Shown: positions 20,000-29,622 of the stretch, in pieces
Position numbering within the stretch: the stretch's first letter is position 1
How the letters are laid out: each line of letters begins with the position of its first letter
Source of the DNA: a virus
Taxonomy: Duplodnaviria > Heunggongvirae > Uroviricota > Caudoviricetes
Length of the DNA: 64,000 nt
Virus record (IMG/VR): IMGVR_UViG_3300022562_000051
Span: 108,581 to 172,580 of that record
Direction: 5' to 3' (one strand)
Notes under the pieces: generated by a model
What the model saw: the letters and a program-made list of their open reading frames with translations, nothing else
What the model was told of the DNA's origin: nothing
Databases searched by the model: none
Translations under genes and position numbers: made by a program

Positions 20000-21308
20000 A
20001 GAACAGAAGGAACAATACATCAAGGAACTGGCGGCTGATCTGCCACCTTGGGCGTACAACGCTGCGGCTACCTTCGAACCGGGAAAGACGCCAGTCTACT
20101 ACTCCGGTCCCTACTTCGATGAAAAGGAAATTGAAGCTGCGCTCAAGACGTTCCTGACCGGCAAGTGGCTGGTGACAGGAACCGAGGTAGCTAAGTTCCA
20201 GTGGAAGTTCGCTCGCAAGTTTGGAGTGAAACACGCACACATGGTCAACTCAGGTTCCTCTGCGAATCTGGTCATGCTGGCTGCGCTTAAGAAATATTAC
20301 GGTTGGACTGAGTACACCGAGATTCTAGTATCGCCGGTTGGATTCCCAACTACGATTGCACCAATTGTGCAGAATGGCATGAAGCCGGTCTTCGTTGACA
20401 TTGAAATGGAATCGCTCAACTTTGACCTTTCGAAGCTTGAAGCAGCTATCACGGCTGATACCAAAGCTATCTTCGTGTCGCCAGTGCTTGGCAATCCACC
20501 AAATATGGATTGGCTGGAATCCATAGCCAGCACCTATGGACTGGTTTTGATTGGTGACAATTGTGATTCTCTTGGTTCCATTTGGGATGATAAGGAAATC
20601 ACCGATTACTACGATGCATGGTCATGCTCGTTCTATCCGGCGCACCACATTACCACTGGCGAAGGTGGTATGATTTGTTCCAATAACGAGGAAGTTGTCA
20701 ATCTGGCTCGTTCTATTTCGTGGTGGGGCAGGGATTGCGTCTGTATCGGGCAGGCTAACCTCAAGCCGGATGGATCGTGCGGCAAGCGTTTCTGCAATTG
20801 GCTGCGCAACTATGACGGCATCGTAGATCACAAGTACGTCTTCGCTAACATGGGTTATAACCTCAAGCCGCTGGATATGCAGGGTGCGATGGGTTCCGTG
20901 CAGCTAGACAAGTTCGATGAGATTCACGCTCGCCGCCGCGAAAGCTATAGGCGAATCAGCGCACTAATCGAAAGATACGTAGCTGACTTTGAAGGAATGC
21001 GGCAGGCTCGCGTAGTCAAGGAACACGAATTGGCTGAGACTTCGTGGTTTGGTGTGCCGATTGTGTGCGAGACTCCCGAAGTCAAGGCTAAGTTGCAGGC
21101 TCATTTCGAAGCACACAAGATTCAGACTCGTAACTACTTTGCTGGAAACATTCTACTGCATCCCGGTTATGAGCATCTGGACGATTATCGGGACTATCCA
21201 TTTGCCAACCTTGCACTGAGCCATGTGTTCTTTGTGGGCGCAGCACCACACTATGACGATGCTATCTTTGATTATTTCGAAGAGGTATTAAAGAAGTGGA
21301 ACCAGTAA
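19989..21308 (+). CDS. DegT/DnrJ/EryC1-family PLP-dependent sugar aminotransferase
   Basis: Fold-type I aminotransferase of nucleotide sugars, 439 aa. Confidence 0.65.
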   Translation: MLSKEQKEQYIKELAADLPPWAYNAAATFEPGKTPVYYSGPYFDEKEIEAALKTFLTGKWLVTGTEVAKFQWKFARKFGVKHAHMVNSGSSANLVMLAALKKYYGWTEYTEILVSPVGFPTTIAPIVQNGMKPVFVDIEMESLNFDLSKLEAAITADTKAIFVSPVLGNPPNMDWLESIASTYGLVLIGDNCDSLGSIWDDKEITDYYDAWSCSFYPAHHITTGEGGMICSNNEEVVNLARSISWWGRDCVCIGQANLKPDGSCGKRFCNWLRNYDGIVDHKYVFANMGYNLKPLDMQGAMGSVQLDKFDEIHARRRESYRRISALIERYVADFEGMRQARVVKEHELAETSWFGVPIVCETPEVKAKLQAHFEAHKIQTRNYFAGNILLHPGYEHLDDYRDYPFANLALSHVFFVGAAPHYDDAIFDYFEEVLKKWNQ

Positions 21309-21808
21309 TCTTTAAACCACAGGTCTTTGAAGACAATCGCGGGGCTTTCCGCGAACTGTTGAATATGAGCAAGGCACCATGGGATGGTATGCACTTTGTT
21401 CAGAGCAATCTTGTGACCAATAAGAAAAATGTATGGAGAGGACTGCATTACCAGTATGAGTGTCCGCAGGGAAAGCTGGTAACTGTTCTGCGTGGTGCAG
21501 TCTTCGACTATATAGTAGACTTGAGATTAAGATCGTCTAATTTCGGCAGAGTCCAAAAGTTTCATCTTACATCTGATTCGGGAGATATGCTTTGGGTTCC
21601 ACCGTGCTTCGCTCATGGTTATCTGACACTGGAAAACAATACGCAGTTCATGTATAGCATATTCGGTGAGCCTTACAACAAGGAAGATGAACACAGCATT
21701 ACACCAACTGATTTTCCACAGATAAAGTTTGATCTGAATGGTAAAGTTATCATGTCGGAAAAGGATCAGAAGGGACTGTTTCTAAAGGACGCGCCAATCT
21801 ATGAGTAA
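21296..21808 (+). CDS. rmlC: dTDP-4-dehydrorhamnose 3,5-epimerase-like cupin
   Basis: FEDNRGAF...VLRGLHYQ...KLVTVLRGAVFDYIVDLR...VPPCFAHGY. Confidence 0.7.
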   Translation: MEPVIFKPQVFEDNRGAFRELLNMSKAPWDGMHFVQSNLVTNKKNVWRGLHYQYECPQGKLVTVLRGAVFDYIVDLRLRSSNFGRVQKFHLTSDSGDMLWVPPCFAHGYLTLENNTQFMYSIFGEPYNKEDEHSITPTDFPQIKFDLNGKVIMSEKDQKGLFLKDAPIYE

Positions 21809-22628
21809 TATCCTTATTCTCGGTGGTGGACATGTAAGCCAAGGCTTGCAGCGAGCGTTGCATGACACGGATCATTCCGTGCATGTGGTAACGTCCGACA
21901 CTATTGATTATTCGGATAGCATGGCACTGCACGATTACATGAACAAAGTCCTGCCGGATGTTGTGATCAATGCGGTAGCTTTTACGGATGTGGCTGGCGC
22001 AGAGAAGACAAGCAATCAATTGAAGTGTACTGCTCTAAACACTCTTCTGCCTCTTATTCTTCAAGGATTGTGCAGACAGCACAAGTGCGAGTTCATTCAC
22101 TTCTCGACATACTTCGTTTTCGATGGTAAGTCTAAGACTCCTTACAAGGAAGACTCACCGACTAATCCATTGCAGTTCTATGGCAAGACCAAGGATGGCG
22201 CAGACATTCTCTTGGGCAAGAAGCGCAGGACAAAGATATTCAGATTAGGTGCGGTATATTCCAATCACGGCAAGAGTTTTGTGGCTCAAATTGAAGACCG
22301 AATGATGGATCAGTATTCTATTGATGTGGTTAGTGACCAGATCATGACTCCGACACACGCCGATTGGATTGGTGAGATTGTGGTTCAGTGCTTGGAAAAG
22401 CCAGCCTATGGACTCTATAACCTTTGCCCTGATGGATACTGTTCTTATGCCGACTTCGCTCGCAAGATCGTGGATGGGCGGTGCGAGATTAATCCAATTA
22501 GTTCTTTCCATTATGCAGCAACCGTCCAGCGCCCTCTCTATGGCGTAATGGATAATACCAAGATCAAACAGACCTTTGAATTGGAATTCCCAACTTGGGA
22601 ACAGGTGTATGACCGTTACAAGTTCTAA
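21801..22628 (+). CDS. rmlD: dTDP-4-dehydrorhamnose reductase-like SDR
   Basis: ILILGGGHVSQGL, VINAVAFTDV, STYFVFDG...PY.E.D..NP...YG.TK. Confidence 0.65.
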   Translation: MSNILILGGGHVSQGLQRALHDTDHSVHVVTSDTIDYSDSMALHDYMNKVLPDVVINAVAFTDVAGAEKTSNQLKCTALNTLLPLILQGLCRQHKCEFIHFSTYFVFDGKSKTPYKEDSPTNPLQFYGKTKDGADILLGKKRRTKIFRLGAVYSNHGKSFVAQIEDRMMDQYSIDVVSDQIMTPTHADWIGEIVVQCLEKPAYGLYNLCPDGYCSYADFARKIVDGRCEINPISSFHYAATVQRPLYGVMDNTKIKQTFELEFPTWEQVYDRYKF

Positions 22629-23064
22629 GCGCGAATGTGGTGAATGTACAGCCTGTTGTGAGGGTTGGCTGGCTGGCAACATCTACGGACACGAAATGAA
22701 GGCTGGCAAGAAATGCCACTTCTTGGGTTGTAACCGGTGCGCTATTTATTCTCAAAGACCACAGTCACCTTGCATAGATTTCAATTGCGTCTGGATCAAG
22801 GACAATAAGAACGTACTGCCAGAATGGTTGAAGCCGTCGCTTTCCAAGGTGATCATAGTCGAAGAGAAGTGGGGTAACGATCAGGTATATTGGAAAGCGG
22901 TGGAATGTGGGCAGAAGATGGATTCAGCCGTTCTAAGCTGGCTGGTTCAACACGCCTTGGGTACGGAAATACCCCTACTCTACCAGATCGAAAAGGCTCG
23001 GTATATCATCGGTCCACCCGAGTTTCATGATGAAATGGTTAAGAAATATCAGTTTCTATATTGA
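22609..23064 (+). CDS. YkgJ/UPF0153-like CxxCxxCC Fe-S or zinc cluster protein
   Basis: ECGECTACCEGW plus a second Cys cluster. Confidence 0.45.
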   Translation: MTVTSSKRECGECTACCEGWLAGNIYGHEMKAGKKCHFLGCNRCAIYSQRPQSPCIDFNCVWIKDNKNVLPEWLKPSLSKVIIVEEKWGNDQVYWKAVECGQKMDSAVLSWLVQHALGTEIPLLYQIEKARYIIGPPEFHDEMVKKYQFLY

Positions 23065-23103
23065 CTAAATAGATCATCAAGTAATCCCACAGAGTGGAGC
23101 TAG

Positions 23104-24297
23104 ATGATCAGATTCACCGAATATCTTGTTGAGAACGTTCCTGACGTAGAGCGACTCAGCCACCTAGAACACGCAGAAGATCACGCCATTAACGCGGGAC
23201 ATGCTGGTGTGCATCATGCCGTCCGTACCATGGTTGGCGTCCACCATGCTCTTCTAGGGCATAACACGCCTGTCAAATTGACCACCAAGTATGACGGCGC
23301 ACCCTCTATCATCTTCGGACACCATCCCGAAACCAAGAAGTTTTTCGTCGCTTCCAAGTCTGCCTTTAACAAAACTCCTAAGATCAATTACAGTCATGAG
23401 GACATTGACCGGCATCACGGACATGCGCCGGGACTGGCTAACAAGCTCAAGGCTGCGTTGGATCATCTACCAAAAGTCACTCCCCACGGCAAGGTGTATC
23501 AGGGCGACCTCATGCACACGGCTGACATGCGCCACGAAAAGGGCGGCAGCATTCACTTCAAGCCTAACACCATTCAATATTCGGTCAAGAAGAATACGCC
23601 GGAAGGCAAGAAGATCGCCAGTTCCCACGTTGGCGTAGCTGTCCACACCGAGTACAAGGGTGACAGGCTCGGTAACATGAAGGCTCACTTCGGACCAGAT
23701 ACCTCTAATTTCAAAGAGCATCCAGACGTTCATGTGATTCATACTCATACGGATGTTAAGAAAGCCAACTATACGCCGGAACAGCGCGTCAAGTTCTTCT
23801 CTCATATCAAGAAGGCTAAGGAAGCTGCGGCTGGTCACGATTTCTCCCATCTGGACAATCCTGAACACCAGATGCATGTCAAGACCTATATCAATCAGAC
23901 GGTTAGGCAGGGAACTACACCTACCGTCAAGGGATTACAGAAGCACATTAGGGCGAAACATGAAGTCCTGAAATCACAGGTCAAGATGGCTAAGACCAAA
24001 GAAAAGATCGAAAGCAAGGCACAGGCACATCTAAGTCACGTTGCGCAGCATAAGGATGCTGTGGGCAGAACGCTACAGATTCACAAGCATTTACAGAATG
24101 CCAAGCACACGCTGGTCAAAGCCCTGTCATCGGCTGACGATTACGAGCATCACATTAATGGTAAAAAGACTGGTCCCGAAGGACACGTTGCATTCTTGGG
24201 CGGCAAACCAACCAAGCTTGTAGATCGCTCTTCGGGTGGATTCTCTTCGGCTAACCTCACCGCAGGCGGCATAGCGAAGCAGAAAAAGACTAAATAA
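23104..24297 (+). CDS. His-rich hypothetical protein; weak ligase-like motifs
   Basis: KYDG (KxDG) near the N-terminus and EGHV...KPTK near the C-terminus; spacing atypical. Confidence 0.3.
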   Translation: MIRFTEYLVENVPDVERLSHLEHAEDHAINAGHAGVHHAVRTMVGVHHALLGHNTPVKLTTKYDGAPSIIFGHHPETKKFFVASKSAFNKTPKINYSHEDIDRHHGHAPGLANKLKAALDHLPKVTPHGKVYQGDLMHTADMRHEKGGSIHFKPNTIQYSVKKNTPEGKKIASSHVGVAVHTEYKGDRLGNMKAHFGPDTSNFKEHPDVHVIHTHTDVKKANYTPEQRVKFFSHIKKAKEAAAGHDFSHLDNPEHQMHVKTYINQTVRQGTTPTVKGLQKHIRAKHEVLKSQVKMAKTKEKIESKAQAHLSHVAQHKDAVGRTLQIHKHLQNAKHTLVKALSSADDYEHHINGKKTGPEGHVAFLGGKPTKLVDRSSGGFSSANLTAGGIAKQKKTK

Positions 24298-24326
24298 TCA
24301 AAACGATATACCCACAGAGTGGTAAC

Positions 24327-25733
24327 ATGAGTCACGCAGTTTTTACATTCGGAAGATTCAATCCCCCTACGGAAGCTGGACACGGCAAGCTGGTTTCTGC
24401 TGTCAAGTCACACGCTGAAAAAGTGGGTGCGCAGCATTACATCTTCCCATCCCATTCTGTGGATAAAAAGAAGAATCCTCTGTCTCATGGCGACAAAGTT
24501 GGCGCTATGAAGAAGATGTTCCCTAATACCAACATCGTTTCCAACGAGGGTATTCGGAATACGATTAACGTAATGAAGCATCTTCAAAGCAAGGGACATA
24601 CTCATGCTACCATGGTAGTCGGTGATGATCGTGTGGGAGAGTTCCATAATCTCCTGCATAAGTATAATGGCAAAGAATACAATTTCAAGAAAATCGAAGT
24701 CAAGTCAGCCGGTCATCGTGACCCTGACGCAGAAGGCTCCGAGGGCATGTCAGCATCCAAGTTGAGAGGTCTGGTGGCGCAGGGCAAGCGCGACGAGTTC
24801 ATTAGCCACTACTCAGACAAGAAGCTAGGTGCGCATATTCACGATAAGGTAAAGCAAGCGATGAGCGAATCAAAGAAGGCAATGTTTGTACTAGGCGGTC
24901 CCGGCAGCGGCAAGGATTACGTTATCACTAACATCCTGAGTCGTTTCTCTCTCATTGAGGTTCAGATTGACCAGATTCTTAATGGCTCGGTCAAGAACCT
25001 TGTTGAGTCGGGGGCTAATCTTCTTATCAACGGCAATGCTGACACTGACAAGATTCAGTTGGTCAAGAGCATTCTTGAGGGATACGAGTTCTCCCATACG
25101 GTAGTCTCTGTCACCAACAAGGTCAGCCGCCAGCGTAATCTAGGACGCGGCAAGCCGATGAATGAACAGGTGCGTATTCGCAAGTGGCTGGATGCAGAGC
25201 AGCTAGCTACGCAGCTTGAGAACACCTTCATCTTCAAGAATTCCATTAATCTGAATGAAGCCAAGGAAGACGAGCTTGGTGGATTCCAGAATCAGATCGA
25301 AGAATATCTCAAGTTCCTTTTCAATAACGATTTCATGTTCGAAGAGAAAGTGATCATTCATGCTCCCGAACATAAGCACGTTCATGGTAAGGAAGGTCGC
25401 GTTTTCTACCGTCATCCAGACGGACGTATCAACGTTCAGGTTCGCAGGGGTTTCCGTGATGTAGACAACTATACACTCAAGCCGGGACAGTGGAAGGAAA
25501 AGACCAATGAAGTTCTTGAGTGGGGAACCGACGAAACGGTAAAGACATTCAAGGCAGCAACGCCGGGAGAAACCGCAAACGTTCAGCCTAAGCTGACTGT
25601 GCGCAAACTCAAGGACAAGCTTAAGGTTCCACCTAGCGCATACGATTCTCGCGTTGGTGGCGTTGATCCGGCTGGCGGCTTGCAGAGTGGCGGCAGCTTC
25701 AATAGCGGACCATTTGGCGGGACGTTGTACTAA
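24327..25733 (+). CDS. two-domain protein: HxGH-type nucleotidyltransferase-like N-terminus plus P-loop kinase-like domain
   Basis: FGRFNPPTEAGHGK (NadD/CoaD-like) and LGGPGSGKDY (adenylate-kinase-like P-loop). Confidence 0.4.
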   Translation: MSHAVFTFGRFNPPTEAGHGKLVSAVKSHAEKVGAQHYIFPSHSVDKKKNPLSHGDKVGAMKKMFPNTNIVSNEGIRNTINVMKHLQSKGHTHATMVVGDDRVGEFHNLLHKYNGKEYNFKKIEVKSAGHRDPDAEGSEGMSASKLRGLVAQGKRDEFISHYSDKKLGAHIHDKVKQAMSESKKAMFVLGGPGSGKDYVITNILSRFSLIEVQIDQILNGSVKNLVESGANLLINGNADTDKIQLVKSILEGYEFSHTVVSVTNKVSRQRNLGRGKPMNEQVRIRKWLDAEQLATQLENTFIFKNSINLNEAKEDELGGFQNQIEEYLKFLFNNDFMFEEKVIIHAPEHKHVHGKEGRVFYRHPDGRINVQVRRGFRDVDNYTLKPGQWKEKTNEVLEWGTDETVKTFKAATPGETANVQPKLTVRKLKDKLKVPPSAYDSRVGGVDPAGGLQSGGSFNSGPFGGTLY

Positions 25734-27427
25734 TGGCTAACAAACAATCCGCATGGCTTTCAGCCTTTCAGAAAGGTTCCAAGCAACTGCAAAGCAGACT
25801 TATGCAGATGCACAAGAATAATCCTGAATTTCAGGAGTTTGTCAGGAAGCACGGTTTCGGTGGCAATCTGTCTGCCAAGCAGTCCGAGAAGCAGAAGAAG
25901 TCTTCCGTAGTTACAGTTCCACCAGCAGATCAAGCCAAGCCTGAAATGAAGAAGGGACCGGCAGATCGTGAAGCAATGATTAAGCAAGCCGCAGAGAAGC
26001 TACGTCAGCGTCGGCAGGCTGCGGCTAATCGTGTCGCGTTTGGTGGCGAACTCGGCGGCGGGTTTGTCATGCCGCATTCCTCGTTCCGCACTTATCGTGA
26101 GCATCTTGAAGAGCAAAAGAAAAAGCTGGACAAGATGGGATTTCCAATTATGCCAAAGGTGCAACAGCTTCCACCACCAAAGGGTGGGCATCCTGTACCG
26201 AAGGGATATGAACGAGTTAAAGACCCATGGGGTTTTAATGTTCTTCGCAAGATTCGCACCGAAGACGTAGCGTATCTGGATGGATACGTTGCGACTCATA
26301 GGGGCGGTTGGGTTGCAAGACGTAATGGCAAACAAATTGGTCCGGTAGTTTCCACGAAGGAAATTGCACAGAAGTACATCAAGCAAACGAAGAAGGGTAT
26401 TGCCGCTAAAGTGTTGGATAAACTAACTGCACTTAAGCCAAGGCTAGCCGCAGAGTCTCGCGAAAATCGTGAGCGCATTCGTTCCTATGATTCAGCAATC
26501 GTTGTTTCCAAGACGGGTAGAATGCCCAAGATGACGATTGATCCAAAGAGCAAGTTAAATAAGTTGCGTCAGATGGCGCGTATGGGTTTGAGAAAGGTAT
26601 TAGCAACGGAGTATACCGAAATGTCAAGTAAAGAAGCACTCAATGAGTTGAAGAAAGCGACTCTAGCATCCTATCTACAGAAGGCACCTAGCCGCATTCG
26701 TTCCGGCACAAGTCTTGCTGGCAAGTTTGCAGATGACAAGTATTACCATATGGGTAAGGCTAATAAGCATCATCCAAACATGGTAACGCCGGGATTTGAG
26801 AAAGACCCCGAGAAGCTTGCTCATCACGAAAAGCACATGCAGGCTGCTTCCGATCTTGAGGACACTTTCAAGCGTCAAGCTGCGAATCGCATCAAAGGCA
26901 TTCAACGTGCTGGTCGCCTGATGGCTAAGGAAGAAGTTGAACCAATCAACGAGAAAAACACCGAGTCACATCCTGATCTTTGGAACACTCATGAACTCCG
27001 TCATGAGTCCGGTAAGGTTCTCAAGAAGGGTGATGTTGTCAAGGGTTTCCGTGATGATGAGCATTTCAAGGTTCATGGTTTCGAACTGCCACATCACAGC
27101 GGAAGCACTGGTCGCGTATACGTTCATGCAGTCACTCCAAAGGGTCGCAAGATTCCCGGCAGTGGCTACGGCATGGATGGCAAAGACCCACAGAGTTTCT
27201 TCCCCGGCGTAATCAATGCCAAGATTGTTGCGAAGAAGGGCGTTAAGGAAGAGACTTCTCCAATCGTAGAGAAAGCCCTTGCAATCTACAAGTCCAAGCG
27301 TCAGCCCGTTGTCGAGCAGAAGCAGGAAGCGGCGGCTGAACCAGTAGTGGAAGAAAAGGTAACGGAAGAAAAGCCTAAGATTGACTATCGTCAAGTCCGT
27401 GAGGCAATCATTCGCAGGAAGAAGTAA
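25733..27427 (+). CDS. large Lys-rich hypothetical protein
   Basis: 564-aa basic ORF. Confidence 0.35.
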   Translation: MANKQSAWLSAFQKGSKQLQSRLMQMHKNNPEFQEFVRKHGFGGNLSAKQSEKQKKSSVVTVPPADQAKPEMKKGPADREAMIKQAAEKLRQRRQAAANRVAFGGELGGGFVMPHSSFRTYREHLEEQKKKLDKMGFPIMPKVQQLPPPKGGHPVPKGYERVKDPWGFNVLRKIRTEDVAYLDGYVATHRGGWVARRNGKQIGPVVSTKEIAQKYIKQTKKGIAAKVLDKLTALKPRLAAESRENRERIRSYDSAIVVSKTGRMPKMTIDPKSKLNKLRQMARMGLRKVLATEYTEMSSKEALNELKKATLASYLQKAPSRIRSGTSLAGKFADDKYYHMGKANKHHPNMVTPGFEKDPEKLAHHEKHMQAASDLEDTFKRQAANRIKGIQRAGRLMAKEEVEPINEKNTESHPDLWNTHELRHESGKVLKKGDVVKGFRDDEHFKVHGFELPHHSGSTGRVYVHAVTPKGRKIPGSGYGMDGKDPQSFFPGVINAKIVAKKGVKEETSPIVEKALAIYKSKRQPVVEQKQEAAAEPVVEEKVTEEKPKIDYRQVREAIIRRKK

Positions 27428-27428
27428 A

Positions 27429-28709
27429 ATGGAAATCAAAGAAGACCTGTTCGATAACGTCAAGCCGGGATCGCGTGTTCACTACCTGACTGCACAGGGA
27501 CAGACTCGTTCTGGCACCGTAGTCATGAATCGCGGAACTCACCTTGTGCTGAATCGCGGCGGTGGACAGCCACAGGTTGTCACGCCGAAGAACTACGTCA
27601 AGCATTCGGAAGGCGGCAAGGTCAAGGGTGCGTTGCTTTCTAATCTGGCTAAGTCCATGAAGAAGGAATCGGTTGATGAGGGTGCAATCAAGAAGCTCGT
27701 TGCCAAGGTCACTAATTCTGACAAGTGGCATGATTCCATGAGAGCAAAGCATGGTTCTGAGAAGTGGAACAACTACTGGAAGGGCGTTCAGTCTAAGAAG
27801 ATGGATGTACGAGACAAGGTTTTGAACACCGGATTCAAGACGGAAGCAAAACTCCCTCGCACCGGCACGGACGAGATTGCCGACATGGAGCCAAAGGTCA
27901 ATGCTGTCTATGACATGGACCCACGCCTCAAGTCAGTTCTGACCAAGAAGCTTTTGAAAAAGAAAAAGCAGATCGTCAAAGAAGATGCGCAATTGGATGC
28001 ACAGAAGTCTGCACTAGCCTATACTACGAAGATGCAGAAGAAAAAGAAGAAGCGCACTCTCAAGACCATGAAGGAAGAGATTCTCAATGAGCTTGGTGGT
28101 GAGACTCTGAGCCGCTACGTTACCAAGGCACTCAGTGATCGCAAGAAGCAGGCTGGTATGGCAGATATGGCACATCGTATTCACACACCAGAACGGGCTA
28201 AGTATTTCGCAGACAAGGCAGCAGCCCGAATCGCAAAGCGTGGCGCTGGCATCAAGACTGCGGTGGCTAAGATCGCATCTAATCTTCCTGCCGAACCACT
28301 TGCTGCACACACAGCAGGCGAGAAGTCTAAGCATGGTGGATGGTCTGGAATGGAAGCTCGCGAGTCCGAGTATCGTGCTAATCAGCAGCTAGCCGGAAGC
28401 ACTCCGCGCCGCCAGCCGGGACATTACCTGACCCGCGACGGACGTACTCTATCCGGTCCACACAAGCCAGATGAAGCTGTCCGTGCGTACAAGGATATGA
28501 GCGACAACAAGAATGTGAAGATCGTTCATGTCAAGGAAGCGGTTGACAACAAGGAAAAGGCAAGCAAAGTCGCAAAGCGAGCAATCGCACTAGCCAAGTC
28601 CAAGAAGAAGACCAATGTTAATGTTGAACCAGAATTGGAGACTCCATCCTCACAGATGAGCCAGCCACTTCTGCAAGGCGCAGAGGGACCAACTAATGTT
28701 AGGGTTTAA
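27429..28709 (+). CDS. Lys-rich hypothetical protein
   Basis: ORF; start at MEIKEDL with TAAAATGG context. Confidence 0.35.
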   Translation: MEIKEDLFDNVKPGSRVHYLTAQGQTRSGTVVMNRGTHLVLNRGGGQPQVVTPKNYVKHSEGGKVKGALLSNLAKSMKKESVDEGAIKKLVAKVTNSDKWHDSMRAKHGSEKWNNYWKGVQSKKMDVRDKVLNTGFKTEAKLPRTGTDEIADMEPKVNAVYDMDPRLKSVLTKKLLKKKKQIVKEDAQLDAQKSALAYTTKMQKKKKKRTLKTMKEEILNELGGETLSRYVTKALSDRKKQAGMADMAHRIHTPERAKYFADKAAARIAKRGAGIKTAVAKIASNLPAEPLAAHTAGEKSKHGGWSGMEARESEYRANQQLAGSTPRRQPGHYLTRDGRTLSGPHKPDEAVRAYKDMSDNKNVKIVHVKEAVDNKEKASKVAKRAIALAKSKKKTNVNVEPELETPSSQMSQPLLQGAEGPTNVRV

Positions 28710-29178
28710 AGAATATTTGAATGAACGGACGCACGTTGAAATTGACGTTGCTCCTGATGCATGGTTGCCGCAGCTTGACAAGTTGAATCAGGACTTGGAA
28801 CAAGTTACGCTTAAGTCATTTGTGAACAGCGCGTTGTTCGTCAATGCTGTTCGCGGAACGCTGGAACGTTACGGTATTCTTCTGCCGCCATTCAGCAATA
28901 TGCAGCAACTCTCCATGGAGTCGGAAGTGGTTTACGCACTAGGCGAGTCTAATCATTTTGTCTACATGGTACATAACCTTGATCCAGACGGATACGTTGA
29001 GGGTTATGCACAGGTTATAGAGCAGGCTGATTTGGATGCACTCGGCACCATGGATCGTTTGGGTGATGAAGAAGAACTAGAAGCCCATCATCACGATCCG
29101 CTGGATGACGTAAATAGAATGCGCAGGCAAGTAAGACACAGTAACGACGATAGCGGGAACGACGCAGAATACGCATAA
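28696..29178 (+). CDS. acidic hypothetical protein
   Basis: ORF. Confidence 0.35.
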   Translation: MLGFKEYLNERTHVEIDVAPDAWLPQLDKLNQDLEQVTLKSFVNSALFVNAVRGTLERYGILLPPFSNMQQLSMESEVVYALGESNHFVYMVHNLDPDGYVEGYAQVIEQADLDALGTMDRLGDEEELEAHHHDPLDDVNRMRRQVRHSNDDSGNDAEYA

Positions 29179-29180
29179 TC

Positions 29181-29564
29181 ATGATTAACTTAGACGATGA
29201 CAATGTGCTGCTTTACGCGATTAAGGCTTACGACAAGCTTAATTACATAAAGTCTGAATTTGAAGAGGACTACAAAACTTTTCGATATGTAAAGCGATTG
29301 CTTCAACGATATCGCTTAGGTGGGGAACTTCGCGAGAACCTGATTGTGAATCATCTAAACCTGATTTACAATTTGTTTGGAGTAGAGGCGGGAACCCGTT
29401 TGCTGTTTTGTAAGATGGATGTAGAGGATTACAGCAGTCTCAAGACATTCTTGTTATTTTTGAATACGATGCCCGAGACTGTAAAAGGAATACGAGGAAG
29501 AGACATTCACTCAGGAGACATTCCAGTAGACATGAATATAGCTAATATATTAAGAAAGAAGTGA
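29181..29564 (+). CDS. hypothetical protein
   Basis: ORF. Confidence 0.35.
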   Translation: MINLDDDNVLLYAIKAYDKLNYIKSEFEEDYKTFRYVKRLLQRYRLGGELRENLIVNHLNLIYNLFGVEAGTRLLFCKMDVEDYSSLKTFLLFLNTMPETVKGIRGRDIHSGDIPVDMNIANILRKK

Positions 29565-29622
29565 TATCTTTTATCGCTACACGCTCATTATACTGGTCGA
29601 AACCGAGGTTGTCAAGATTAAA

